IMG/VR virus record: IMGVR_UViG_3300037258_001185
Location: 1-64,000 of that record
Origin: a virus
DNA length: 64,000 bases
Strand: one strand, 5' to 3'
Numbering within the stretch: the stretch's first letter is position 1; each line of letters opens with the position of its first letter. Shown here piece by piece: positions 28,207-37,824 of this stretch. The notes under the pieces were generated by a model, which saw nothing but the letters and a program-made list of their open reading frames with translations, was not told the DNA's origin and made no database searches. The position numbers were made by a program, and so were the translations under genes.

Positions 28207-29578
28207 GCCGCGATCGCCGGACAGAATTGCCGCCATCACCGCCGCGGTCGAGGATTGCCTGCGGGAGGGCTTCACGCCGCCCGGCCAATTCGGCGGGCGC
28301 GGCTCAGCCATTCGGGAGGCCGCACGTCGCCTGGACGTCAACCCGACGACGCTTCTCGGCACGGTTCGGGGCGAGGAAGAAAAATTCCGCTGCAACAAGC
28401 CGGCCCGCGTGCCGGACTGGAGCCTGTACGCGCCGCCGGACGAGAGCTCGCGGGTAGTCGGCGCCAGCGGTCACACGCTGAAGGGCGTCTCGATCCTGAC
28501 CGACGCCAAGGGCGTCGAGATGGGGCGCTGGACAAAAACCGCGCGGGCCGGCCGCGATGATGCGGACGTCCAGCACCTCCCTGACCCCAAGACGATCAGC
28601 AAGATCAGCACGCTCAAGGACCAGGACGGCAAGGTCACCCAGCAATGGGTAACGGAGAAGCCGGCAGATGCCGAGCGGGAGGCGCTGTGGTTTGCTGCGG
28701 CTGCGGCGCTGGCCGCGGCGTTGCCGCCGGCGCCTCCGATAGCCGGGCCCGCGAACCAGCCGAGCGCTGACCTGCTCGCGCTCTATCCGGTCGGTGACCA
28801 CCACAATGGCCTCTATGCCTGGTGGCGAGAAACTGGCGCATCCTACGACCTCGATATCGCCGAGAAGCTGCTGGCGCGGGCGACCGACGAATTGATCGCG
28901 TTGCTGCCACCCTGCGAGACATCGCTGATCGCGCTGCTGGGCGATTATTTCCACTACGACAGCCTGGAGCCGGTGACGCCGACGAGCCGCAACATGCTCG
29001 ACAGCGACGGCCGCTACGCCAAGATGATCGACGTCGGCATGCGCAGCGTGCGCCGGATGATCGAGCGCGCTGCCGAGCGCCACAGCCGCGTCCATGTCAT
29101 CGTCGAAACCGGCAATCACGACCTGTCGAGTTCGATCTTTCTCGCGCTGGCGCTCCACCAGATTTACCGCGACAACCCGCGGATCACCATCGACACGTCG
29201 CCGGCGCATTTCCACTACTTCGAGTGGGGCAAGGTGCTGATCGCCACGCATCACGGCCACGGCGTCAAGATGCAAAACCTGCCGCTGATCATGGCCGCCG
29301 ATCGACGTGAGGCGTGGGGCCGAACCAAATACGGCTACTGGCTGACCGGCCACGTCCACCATGCCGAGACGCAATCGGCAGTCGTCAACAAGGATTTTGC
29401 CAACGTTTCGGTCGAGAGCTTCCGTGTCCTCGCCCCGGTCGACGCCTGGGCAGCCCAGAAAGGCTACCGCTCGATCCGGGACATGAAAGCCATCGTGATG
29501 CACCGTGAGTTCGGCGAGGTCGCGAGATTTTCGGTGAAACCAGAAATGTTTGATACGGGGATGGAGTTGGCCGCATGA
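28196..29578 (+). CDS. HTH plus calcineurin-like metallophosphoesterase
   Basis: GDHH.G, GD..H.D, GNHD, HHGH, GH.HH. Confidence 0.85.
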   Translation: MPTKPRSPDRIAAITAAVEDCLREGFTPPGQFGGRGSAIREAARRLDVNPTTLLGTVRGEEEKFRCNKPARVPDWSLYAPPDESSRVVGASGHTLKGVSILTDAKGVEMGRWTKTARAGRDDADVQHLPDPKTISKISTLKDQDGKVTQQWVTEKPADAEREALWFAAAAALAAALPPAPPIAGPANQPSADLLALYPVGDHHNGLYAWWRETGASYDLDIAEKLLARATDELIALLPPCETSLIALLGDYFHYDSLEPVTPTSRNMLDSDGRYAKMIDVGMRSVRRMIERAAERHSRVHVIVETGNHDLSSSIFLALALHQIYRDNPRITIDTSPAHFHYFEWGKVLIATHHGHGVKMQNLPLIMAADRREAWGRTKYGYWLTGHVHHAETQSAVVNKDFANVSVESFRVLAPVDAWAAQKGYRSIRDMKAIVMHREFGEVARFSVKPEMFDTGMELAA

Positions 29579-29946
29579 GCTATTGGTACATCGGTTCTCC
29601 ATACGCCAAATACCCCGGCGGCCCCGACGCGGCCTTCGATGAAATCTGCCGCGTCATGGGCGAGTTCGCGAAAGCCGGAGTGCCGGCATTTTCGCCAATC
29701 GCGCATTGCCATCCGATCGCCAAGGCGGCCGGCCTCGATCCGCTCGACTACAGAATCTGGCTGCCGTTTATGGAGCCGATTATGACCGGCGCCAAAGGCC
29801 TCGTCGTCGTCAAGATGGCGACCTGGGAAGACAGCTACGGCCTGAAGCAGGAGATCATCAGCTTCGACTCGGCCCGCAAGCAGATCCGCTATCTCGACCC
29901 GGACATGCTGTTCCTCGACAATGTGCCCCTGCGGAGGGTGGCGTGA
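29575..29946 (+). CDS. DUF1937 family (nucleoside deoxyribosyltransferase-like) protein
   Basis: YIGSPY, FSPIAHCH, W..S.G...EI. Confidence 0.8.
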   Translation: MSYWYIGSPYAKYPGGPDAAFDEICRVMGEFAKAGVPAFSPIAHCHPIAKAAGLDPLDYRIWLPFMEPIMTGAKGLVVVKMATWEDSYGLKQEIISFDSARKQIRYLDPDMLFLDNVPLRRVA

Positions 29947-30659
29947 TGGCGGATTCACGGACATGGGCCGCTGCTGGCGAAGAGGTATGCGCGACGGCCG
30001 CGGCGCCCGGCGAGCCGCAGATGAACCCCAAGGATCGCGTCGCCAAGGGCAAGGTGCCGCTGAGCCTGATCCCGCCGTCGGCGCTGGTCTACTGCGCGAT
30101 GGCGCTCCGCTCCGGGGCCTACGAGTCGCCGCGGGCTGATGGCGGCATTGGGTACGATCCGTATAACTGGCGCGCCATCGCGATCCAGTACATGACCTAT
30201 CTCGATGCCGACCTGCGGCACAGCGCTCGGCTGATCGATCGCGAGGATTTTGATCCGGTCAGCGCCGTGCACGCGCTCGGTCACAAGATGGCCTGCTGCG
30301 CCATTCTGATCGATGCCATCGAGGGCGGATGGCTGATCGACGACCGGCCGCTACGCGGTCCGGCGCCGGCATTGCTCGACCGGATGAAGACGTTCATCGC
30401 GGAACGGACGGCGGCGGCCGAGCAAACGGCCACGCCACCGGCCGATCTCTCGATGGTCGAGCCGGAAGCGCGCCGGCTCAGGCCGACCGACAGCGCAGGT
30501 GATCGCCGCGGGCTCGACGAACAGGGCGAACCGATCGGCAATGTGCGGGAGCCGCGCGACAGCATGATCCAGGATTTGCTCAGCAAAAGCGCGGCCGCCT
30601 TCACTGCCATGCCGCCGGAGCAACGCCGCACGCGCCGGATATGGCACCACCAGGTCTGA
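29946..30659 (+). CDS. dATP/dGTP diphosphohydrolase (DUF5664-like) domain protein
   Basis: NPKD....KVPLSLIPP, YNWR, Y.DA..RH, D.D..S..H.L.H...C..IL.DA..DDR. Confidence 0.8.
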   Translation: MADSRTWAAAGEEVCATAAAPGEPQMNPKDRVAKGKVPLSLIPPSALVYCAMALRSGAYESPRADGGIGYDPYNWRAIAIQYMTYLDADLRHSARLIDREDFDPVSAVHALGHKMACCAILIDAIEGGWLIDDRPLRGPAPALLDRMKTFIAERTAAAEQTATPPADLSMVEPEARRLRPTDSAGDRRGLDEQGEPIGNVREPRDSMIQDLLSKSAAAFTAMPPEQRRTRRIWHHQV

Positions 30660-30663
30660 TGCC

Positions 30664-30855
30664 ATGACCGATCCGACCGTCATCCTGGATCCTCATGCCG
30701 TCTGGATGCTGATCGTCTGCAGCGGCCTGGCTCTGTTTTTCTCGATCGTGCAGCTCGCAATCGATGTCCGCCGGCCGCCGCCGCCACCGTTGCCGCCGCG
30801 CGACAAGCGTGACGATCCGGACCCGGCCAACTACCCGATCTTCCCGATTTTCTGA
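30664..30855 (+). CDS. small membrane protein
   Basis: one TM helix followed by a Pro-rich tail. Confidence 0.5.
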   Translation: MTDPTVILDPHAVWMLIVCSGLALFFSIVQLAIDVRRPPPPPLPPRDKRDDPDPANYPIFPIF

Positions 30856-30861
30856 GGGCAT

Positions 30862-31062
30862 ATGACCGAGGACGATCTCGCTGAAGCAACAGGCCTCGTG
30901 AGCCGCTTCTATCGGGCGAAGAAACACGGAGCGCCGCACGAGACGCTGTTTGCGATCCAGCGCCGGCTATTGGTGCTGAACGTGACGCTGAACACGCCCG
31001 TCGAGGCGCCCGATCCGCACGCGCCGCCTGGCGGATCAGTCCTCGCCCAGAAAGCAGCCTAA
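30862..31062 (+). CDS. hypothetical protein
   Basis: GAGG RBS, in operon. Confidence 0.5.
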   Translation: MTEDDLAEATGLVSRFYRAKKHGAPHETLFAIQRRLLVLNVTLNTPVEAPDPHAPPGGSVLAQKAA

Positions 31063-31077
31063 GAGGAGAACTGGCTC

Positions 31078-31362
31078 ATGGCAGACAACAGGCACGACGC
31101 CGCGACCGAGTATGCCGAGACGCAATCTGCGATCGCCGCGGCGCTGACGGAAGACGCGGTCTCCCGGCTGCGCGCCAGCAACCTCGACGCCCCGACGGAA
31201 TGGCCGCTCCGGTTGGCGTGGTGGGGCGCCCCCATCGGCTTGATGATCGAAACCGAACAAGGGACGTACTGCCTTTCGCCCGACGACCCGATCAAGCCAG
31301 CGGACGCCCTGCGCCGGCTGTTCCATCCGGGATTTGCCTCGCCGCATGGCGGCTGGTGCTGA
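31078..31362 (+). CDS. hypothetical protein
   Basis: GAGGAG RBS. Confidence 0.55.
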   Translation: MADNRHDAATEYAETQSAIAAALTEDAVSRLRASNLDAPTEWPLRLAWWGAPIGLMIETEQGTYCLSPDDPIKPADALRRLFHPGFASPHGGWC

Positions 31363-31374
31363 AGGAGGACCACG

Positions 31375-31839
31375 ATGGCATCCAAGTTCAACATCTTCAA
31401 CAAGGGCGACATCGTGGTGGTGTCATACGCGGAACGGCAGCCGCATCTGTTTCGGTACGTCAAAGGCTTTGTCGCCGATGACGGCGAGATACTGCATCGG
31501 GTCGACTCGATCGAGACGGATTTTGGCGCGCACCAGGCCATCGTCCCGGATGAGCATATCGAACTCGCTGGCGAACTCCGGTTCTTTGCCGTCGATCATT
31601 GGGTCTACGAGCTGGAGAACGACACCATTCGCCAAGCCGCCAATTTCGATACGAGCGAGGCCGCCGGTCGTTGCGCGCAGTTGATGCAGGCCGGTCTCGA
31701 TGCGGCGCAATCCGAGCTACGGCCGAGCGCGGGAAAGCTGTTCTTGGCGCTCGAACACGGGAACGCCGAGCATCGCGCATGGCTGCGCACCGCGATCAAC
31801 GCCATTTTCGCCGGCGAGCCCGTCCCGCTGCCGGCTTAA
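31375..31839 (+). CDS. hypothetical protein
   Basis: AGGAGG RBS. Confidence 0.65.
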   Translation: MASKFNIFNKGDIVVVSYAERQPHLFRYVKGFVADDGEILHRVDSIETDFGAHQAIVPDEHIELAGELRFFAVDHWVYELENDTIRQAANFDTSEAAGRCAQLMQAGLDAAQSELRPSAGKLFLALEHGNAEHRAWLRTAINAIFAGEPVPLPA

Positions 31840-31971
31840 GCAGCCGCCAGCAGGTCTGCCTGGACGGCCGACGAGCGCAGCGCCTGCTCCATCTGCGCGA
31901 GGTGCTTCTGGATCAGCGCCAGCTTGTCGGCGTAGGTTATGGCGCGGCTCGGATCAATGCGCGCCTTTTAT

Positions 31972-32193
31972 TTATGGAACCACGCGGGTAACCCTAGCGT
32001 CCATCGGGACGATCTTGTCTGAGCGGACGCTTCGCATCGCGAGGTCGATCGCCCGAGCCCAATCGCCGGCCATGACCTTGATGACGGAGATTTGCCGCTT
32101 TTCGCCGTCGGTCCAGTGGATCTTGACGTCGAACGGCCGCGCCGGCGGCAACGCGATGGGCGTCTCGATGGTCTCCGGGCGGCGCGCGCTCAT
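31972..32193 (-). CDS. hypothetical protein
   Basis: last gene of a coupled leftward cassette. Confidence 0.5.
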   Translation of the reverse strand: MSARRPETIETPIALPPARPFDVKIHWTDGEKRQISVIKVMAGDWARAIDLAMRSVRSDKIVPMDARVTRVVP

Positions 32194-32423
32194 AAGGTCG
32201 CCCCCGCCCAATCGATCTGGGATTCGGTGTGAGGCGGTATCTCCAGATCAGCCTCGTCGATCAGCTCGCCCTCGATCTCTTCTTCGCCGGTGGCGCGGCA
32301 GATCGGGCACGGCTCCCAATAGCCGAGCGGCGAGCCATCGTGCCGATCATAGCCTCCGGTCAGCACGCCCCAGCCGCGCTCCCCGTCACAGGTGCGGCAT
32401 TCGATGATGAGCGGGCGGCACAT
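32190..32423 (-). CDS. small zinc-finger protein
   Basis: CRTCDG...CPIC..TG. Confidence 0.55.
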   Translation of the reverse strand: MCRPLIIECRTCDGERGWGVLTGGYDRHDGSPLGYWEPCPICRATGEEEIEGELIDEADLEIPPHTESQIDWAGATL

Positions 32424-32635
32424 CACCGGGGCGCCGCGATGCGAACGATGCGGCAGGTGATCGGTCGGCCGAGCTTCGCGGCACCGTCACAAAGATGGCG
32501 CTTGGCTGTCTCGGCCTCTTCGCGCGACAGCGGCTTGCAATACGCCACCGTGTCATGCACGCGAAGGTCCATGCCGATATACTGGAACGGCCCGGATTTA
32601 CCTTTCTCGCGCACCGCTACCGTGTAATCCATCAC
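32423..32635 (-). CDS. hypothetical protein
   Basis: coupled in cassette. Confidence 0.5.
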   Translation of the reverse strand: MMDYTVAVREKGKSGPFQYIGMDLRVHDTVAYCKPLSREEAETAKRHLCDGAAKLGRPITCRIVRIAAPR

Positions 32636-32850
32636 TCGCCCTCCAGTTCGGCGCTGCTGTCGAAGATTTCGAAGCCGTGATCCAACGGTGGGACGCCAGG
32701 GTCGATCAGTTCCCGCAGGGCGCGCTCGACGGTCGTGATGCCATCGCCCATCCCGGGATCCTGCTCATTGGCGTATCGCTGTGCCGCAGCAATCACTTTC
32801 TTCGGGTCATGCACCTCGACGACGACCGTCACGACGTAACGGGACATCAT
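32632..32850 (-). CDS. hypothetical protein
   Basis: GGAGG RBS, ATGA overlap. Confidence 0.55.
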   Translation of the reverse strand: MMSRYVVTVVVEVHDPKKVIAAAQRYANEQDPGMGDGITTVERALRELIDPGVPPLDHGFEIFDSSAELEGE

Positions 32851-33296
32851 TCGCCCTCCACGATGTAGCGCTGGGCACGGCCAGCGTCGGTGATCTCGAA
32901 ACAATCGGCGTTCGGCTGATCGCAGCGGCGCAGCAGGCCCAAGCCTGCCAGGTTGGCGCAGTCGGCGTCCGTGGCGTCGCCGGGCGGCAGCCAACCGCCG
33001 GGGCCGCCGCGCCCGTAGTAGCCGACGATCAGGTGATCGCGGTAGGTGATCTCTGGACCCTCCGGATGGAGGGCCCGGTAAGCCTCAGCGGTGGCGCGGG
33101 CATCTTCCCACCGTCCCCGGGACCGCTCATCGAGCTGTTCGTTATTCCAGGACTTCCCGCACCCATCGCAGGTACAGGAAATGAATGGGCCGAGCGTCGG
33201 ATGGAGGGTGTCGCATTGCAATCGTCCGCAGCCGGGGCACTGCCACTCTTCGACGGAAAATTCCGTCCCGTCCTTCGTGGTGATCTGTTCAGCCAC
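32847..33296 (-). CDS. zinc-ribbon hypothetical protein
   Basis: CPGCG and CDGCG; GGAGG RBS before GTG. Confidence 0.55.
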   Translation of the reverse strand: MAEQITTKDGTEFSVEEWQCPGCGRLQCDTLHPTLGPFISCTCDGCGKSWNNEQLDERSRGRWEDARATAEAYRALHPEGPEITYRDHLIVGYYGRGGPGGWLPPGDATDADCANLAGLGLLRRCDQPNADCFEITDAGRAQRYIVEGE

Positions 33297-33307
33297 CTCG
33301 CCCTCCC

Positions 33308-33838
33308 TTATGCGGCCGCGATGATTTCGGCGAGGCGCCGGCCGTCCGAGACACCATCCCAATGCGGGAGGGCGCCCTCGTTCCACAGCACACAATGCTG
33401 TTCGGGCGTCAGCGCCTTCCAGGCGCGCTCGGCCTTCGCCTCGAAAACGGGCGAGATTTCGCGGCTGAGGCTCGGCATCGAGCCGTGGAAATGCACCAGC
33501 TTGGCGTCCGGGTCCGGCCGGTCGACCTTATGCGCCGGGACCGACCCCATCGAGCCTACGGTGCCGCTGGTTCCGGCATAGACGACCGAGCCGTCCGGCA
33601 GCAGCCAGGAATTTGTCGAGTAGCGCATGTCGATCATGCCGTCGAAGCTGTCGCCGCTATAGGGGTCCACGAGATCGCGAACCGCCCTCTTCGGCGGCCC
33701 GTCGGTCCATTTGACCTCCAGGTGCGAGCCCATGCTGTAGGACTCGGTGCGCACCGAGAACTTGACGCCGGGGAAGGCGCGCTTCAGCGCGGCGCGCACC
33801 ATCTTGGCGGCATCCTTAGTCTGGATGTATTCGAACAT
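33308..33838 (-). CDS. LPD29 (large polyvalent protein-associated domain 29)-like protein
   Basis: AK.VRAALKRAFPGVKFSVR...YS.G......WTDGP, FDGM.D. Confidence 0.8.
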   Translation of the reverse strand: MFEYIQTKDAAKMVRAALKRAFPGVKFSVRTESYSMGSHLEVKWTDGPPKRAVRDLVDPYSGDSFDGMIDMRYSTNSWLLPDGSVVYAGTSGTVGSMGSVPAHKVDRPDPDAKLVHFHGSMPSLSREISPVFEAKAERAWKALTPEQHCVLWNEGALPHWDGVSDGRRLAEIIAAA

Positions 33839-33866
33839 CGGAAACTCCGTGGAAGGATCAAGCAGT

Positions 33867-33931
33867 CTCAACGGCTTGATAATACCACAACCACGGTATC
33901 GGTCAACATAAAAGCGCGTAATGTGCGCTTT
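33867..33931 (-). promoter_or_regulatory. repeated leftward promoter/operator, copy 1
   Basis: AAAAGCGCGTAATGTGCGCTTT, TTGACC, extended -10 TGGTATTAT, GTTGAG leader. Confidence 0.75.
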
Positions 33932-34310
33932 ATTTCTTGTCTGCCGGCAGTATCCTTGGCGTGCGAGGCGGCGCAGGCCGATAGGTGGGGACGGCGCCGG
34001 CGGCGTCTTCGAGCGAGACGACGATACGACTATAGGCGGCCCGCAATTCCTGATCCGACAGGCGGGTCGCTCCCATTTCCACGTCGAGCCCTTTGACCGC
34101 GAGCTCGAGTTGGCGCGGGACTGTGATCAGGACGTTGCTGCCACGGGTCTTGCCGCGCTCGGCGTATTGGTAAGTGCGGCGCGCGACGCCCAAGAGGGCG
34201 GCGGCAGCGCGCTGAATCAAGCCGCGCGACCGGCGCCACGCCCGCAGCTCGGCCGGCGTCATCTTGCCCTGGATCGGGTCAATCTCAAGGAGCGAGCGGT
34301 TTTCCATCAA
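33930..34310 (-). CDS. XRE HTH regulator
   Basis: MTPAELRAWR...GL.Q..AA.LLGVARRTYQY.ERG. Confidence 0.8.
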   Translation of the reverse strand: MMENRSLLEIDPIQGKMTPAELRAWRRSRGLIQRAAAALLGVARRTYQYAERGKTRGSNVLITVPRQLELAVKGLDVEMGATRLSDQELRAAYSRIVVSLEDAAGAVPTYRPAPPRTPRILPADKK

Positions 34311-34753
34311 CCATCGGGCACCGCGGCGCGCAATGCGCGCTCCGCCATCCGAAATTTCACGAGGCGCAACTCCGCGTCAAGCCCCTTCGTCGCGAGCTCG
34401 ATCAGACGCGGCACCTTTGGCACCCTCATGCGGCAGCGGGTATTGCCGTTCTCGGCGTGAACCAGGGTTCGCTTCGATATGCCGAGCAACTTGCTGGCGG
34501 CGTCTTGGGTAAAGCCATGGCTCTTACGCCAGAGGACCAGGTCGTCCGGCTTCATGCTGCTCGGGACGGCATGAACCACCTGCGGCGGCCGGCCCCTGAC
34601 CTGGATGCCGGCTCTCTTCGCCAGCGCGCTCGCGGTGGAGGGGTGGATGCCAAGATCGGAGGCGATGGCGGTGAGGGTGCGCCTGGCGTCGACGCCGGTC
34701 CGGATGGCTTCGATCTTCGCGTCCCGTATTGCGTCAGTTTCCTTGGGCATCAT
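34307..34753 (-). CDS. double-HTH regulator, paralog of the adjacent XRE gene
   Basis: TLTAIASDLGI and WRK..GFTQ..A.KLLGISKRT...ENG; shares VPR..ELA.KGLD.E with 33930-34310. Confidence 0.7.
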   Translation of the reverse strand: MMPKETDAIRDAKIEAIRTGVDARRTLTAIASDLGIHPSTASALAKRAGIQVRGRPPQVVHAVPSSMKPDDLVLWRKSHGFTQDAASKLLGISKRTLVHAENGNTRCRMRVPKVPRLIELATKGLDAELRLVKFRMAERALRAAVPDG

Positions 34754-35526
34754 GCCTTCGCCACCTCCCAGAGACCCGGTCCGCGACGGCAGAATGCGGC
34801 ACTCAATTGCAGGGTCTGCCGGATCTTCGCCTTGTAGTGGCGATTGCGGGCCGCCTTCGGGTGCGTGGCGACGGCGCGATACAGGTCCGCAAGCGGCACT
34901 GGACCATCGCTCCCCTCGAGCAGTTTCTCGACGATCTCGCGCCACGACGGCAACTCGATCACGGCGCCGAGGAAGGATCTCGGGATGCGGAGCGGCACGA
35001 ATTGACCGGCGAGCAGGCAGCACGCCAGGATGTCAGCATCGGACTTGCCATAGGCGATCAACACCGAGGGGGCGCCGCTATTGTGCGGCGCCCGACTGCC
35101 GTCCGGAAAATGGAAGTTGATCCGGCCTCGCAGGAATAGCATGGCGGCGGCGCGCTCCCAGGCATGGGAAAAGAACGCCTCCGTCTCGGTGCGCGCGAAG
35201 ATGAACGCGGTCCCCTGGTTATGCTGCCCCATGCGGCCGAGCCATCGGCCGATTTCGGCCGCGCTGTATGGCGGGTTCAGCCAGACACGGCCGAACCACG
35301 GCAGCATCAGGCCATTGTCGCGTCTCGTGTAGTGCCGCTGCGCGGTCGACCACGGCCGGCTCTCCGGGCTGCACGGGTCCAGGTCGAACGACTCGGCGCC
35401 ACCCAGCGCGCCAATGATCTCGGGGGGCGTCAGCCACTCCACCGTGCCGGCTGCGGGGCTGTGATGAGAGCCCATGCCGTGAGCGATCGACGCCGCGTTG
35501 CCCGCGAACAGGTTTCCTTGGCCCAT
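34750..35526 (-). CDS. phage Dam-like N6-adenine methyltransferase
   Basis: EWLTP, FDLDPC, GL...W.GRVWLNPPY, ARTET..F, FLRGR..F. Confidence 0.9.
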   Translation of the reverse strand: MGQGNLFAGNAASIAHGMGSHHSPAAGTVEWLTPPEIIGALGGAESFDLDPCSPESRPWSTAQRHYTRRDNGLMLPWFGRVWLNPPYSAAEIGRWLGRMGQHNQGTAFIFARTETEAFFSHAWERAAAMLFLRGRINFHFPDGSRAPHNSGAPSVLIAYGKSDADILACCLLAGQFVPLRIPRSFLGAVIELPSWREIVEKLLEGSDGPVPLADLYRAVATHPKAARNRHYKAKIRQTLQLSAAFCRRGPGLWEVAKA

Positions 35527-35529
35527 CGC

Positions 35530-37824
35530 TCAATTCCCCATGATGGCGGTGACGAGGGCGCAGGCCGTATTGACGGGCACCGCGTTGCCGATCTGCTTGG
35601 TGATCTCGGTCTTCGTCCCGACGAACTCGTATTCGATCTCTCCTTCGCTGAAGCCCATCGCCCTGGCCAACTCCTTCGGATCGAGCATGCGGAAGCGGAT
35701 GTCATAGCGGCGCTCGCCGGCGGCGCCCTCGACCAGTTGCACGCGGCCGGCGGCGCAGATCGTCGGCGCCGGGTCGTCGATGCTGTGCACGCGCGGCGCC
35801 TGCCCTGGCCGCTCGCCAAAGGCGGCGGCGATGAAGGCCAGCTCGCCGCGCGGCGCGGCGGTGATCGTCGGCAGCGGATCATCTGGCGAGCGGACGCGGC
35901 CCTTGTCGCCGCCGTGCGTGACCGGCATGACCAGCGCGAACTCGCCGCCCTTGGCCGTCGTCATGGTCGGCAGCGGGTCGTCGATCGCGCGCGGGCCCGG
36001 GCCGCCGGTGCTGTTCGTGACCGGGACGACGAGGCCGAAGCGTGCCTTGGTCGTGACGGTCGGCAACGGCGTCTCGGTCGAGCCGCAGGTCTCGCCCGAG
36101 CCCGAGCCGTAATAAGGGGCGATGAGGGCGTGGGCGCCGCCGTGGCCGCCCGTAGTGATCGTTGGGACCGGCTGATCAACGCTGCGCGGCGCGCCGCAAG
36201 AGGCTTGCGAAAGCACGAACGGCTGGACCACGGCGATTTGCGATTTCGTGGTCAGCGCCGGGACTGGATCGCCGATCGCCGATGGCACATTGCCATCGCG
36301 CATTGCCGAGACGAACGGCTCGACGATGCCGAACTTCCCTCCTCCGGCGTGGATGGTCTGCAGCGGGTCGTCCAGGCTGCGGCACCGCCGGCTATCGGGA
36401 TCGCGCTCATGCGCTGGGTTGCCATGCGCCAAGGTCGCGATAAACGGCTCGACGACCAGCGGCTCGCAGAGAAACTGGCCGCCGCCGGTTGTCGTGGTGA
36501 TCCCGCCGACCGGATCATCGACGCTCTTCGGCGTGTTGTTGGTCCGGTTGCCGCAGACGAACGGATCGAGGCGCCATTCCTCGCCGCAGCGCGGGCATTC
36601 TGGCGACGACAAGCCTCCTGGCTCACTTCCGGCGTACCTATCGGTGAACATCTCGCCGCAGGCCTGACAACGCCATGCGGTCGTCGGCTCCACCATATAG
36701 CCGGCGCCGCGGCAGTCAGCCGTCGGCATCGGCTCGTCGAGCGGATGCGCACGGGTCGCGCCGTTGTCGCCATGCCGGTTCAGGATGAACGGCTCGACGA
36801 CGGCCGGCCGCGCGCACCCGGGGCGCCGCTCATTCGAGGCTCCCCCCGTGGTAATCGTCATCAACGGGTCTTCGACCGAGCGCGCCGCACCGCTGCTGCT
36901 GTTCGACAGCGTGAACGGCATGGGCACAGCCAGCGCGATATGCGTGCCGCCGGCGCAGATCGCCGGGACCGGCTCGTCGATGCTTTGCGCGTCCATGTGG
37001 TTACGCAGGATGACGAGGAACGGATCAGGCCACTTGAATTTGACGGCGCCGGCGTAGATCCGCGCCAGCGTCTTCGGGCTGAGCGGCCGCTTGCGGTCGA
37101 AGATCGACTTGCCGGAGAGCGACCAGTCGATGATTTCTCGGGCCGCACGCCATTTCTCGGTCGCATGGCCGAGCAGGTCGCCGACGGCGCCCTTGCGGCT
37201 GTGGGTCGGCGTCGGCCAGACGATGCGTTTGCCGTCCGACCGCGCCATCAGGAAGAAACGCTCGCGGGTCGTCGCGTCGCCAAAGTCGGCAGCGTTCAGG
37301 ACGCGCCACTCAACCTTGAACCCGGCGCCGCGCAGCGCGTTGACCCAGGCGAGGAAATACTCGCCCTCATGGCGCTTTGACGGCCGGCCAGTGCGCAGGT
37401 TGACCCTCCCCCAGCGCACAAATTCCGGGACGTTCTCGACGATCAGTCGCTTGATCCTGAGCTCGGTGCACCAGTGGATGATCGCCCACGGGTCCATGCG
37501 CTGCTGGTCGTTGATCGGCTTGCCGCCGCGGGCGCGCGAGTGATAGGTGCAGCTCGGGCTCGCCATCAGCAGGTCGAGCTTGCCCTCGGGGACCAGTTCG
37601 ATCGGCTTGGCGACATTGACGTCCTGGCAATAGTGACGCGCCTCCGGGTGATTGCGGCTGTGGGATTCAATGGCGAGCGGCCAATGGTTGACGGCACAAA
37701 GGTCCATCCGGTAGCCAAGGCCGAGCAGAGCCCGGCGCGCGCCGGTCGAACTGCCGCCAGCTCCGCAAAACAGATCGGCGACTAGCGCGGTGCGGGTCGG
37801 GGCCGGGAGCGTGTCATGCGGCAT
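35530..37824 (-). CDS. C5 cytosine DNA methyltransferase with repetitive variable region
   Basis: DLFCGAGG, SPSC, ENV, RERFF, QIGNAV; many P.PT.T repeats. Confidence 0.92.
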   Translation of the reverse strand: MPHDTLPAPTRTALVADLFCGAGGSSTGARRALLGLGYRMDLCAVNHWPLAIESHSRNHPEARHYCQDVNVAKPIELVPEGKLDLLMASPSCTYHSRARGGKPINDQQRMDPWAIIHWCTELRIKRLIVENVPEFVRWGRVNLRTGRPSKRHEGEYFLAWVNALRGAGFKVEWRVLNAADFGDATTRERFFLMARSDGKRIVWPTPTHSRKGAVGDLLGHATEKWRAAREIIDWSLSGKSIFDRKRPLSPKTLARIYAGAVKFKWPDPFLVILRNHMDAQSIDEPVPAICAGGTHIALAVPMPFTLSNSSSGAARSVEDPLMTITTGGASNERRPGCARPAVVEPFILNRHGDNGATRAHPLDEPMPTADCRGAGYMVEPTTAWRCQACGEMFTDRYAGSEPGGLSSPECPRCGEEWRLDPFVCGNRTNNTPKSVDDPVGGITTTTGGGQFLCEPLVVEPFIATLAHGNPAHERDPDSRRCRSLDDPLQTIHAGGGKFGIVEPFVSAMRDGNVPSAIGDPVPALTTKSQIAVVQPFVLSQASCGAPRSVDQPVPTITTGGHGGAHALIAPYYGSGSGETCGSTETPLPTVTTKARFGLVVPVTNSTGGPGPRAIDDPLPTMTTAKGGEFALVMPVTHGGDKGRVRSPDDPLPTITAAPRGELAFIAAAFGERPGQAPRVHSIDDPAPTICAAGRVQLVEGAAGERRYDIRFRMLDPKELARAMGFSEGEIEYEFVGTKTEITKQIGNAVPVNTACALVTAIMGN

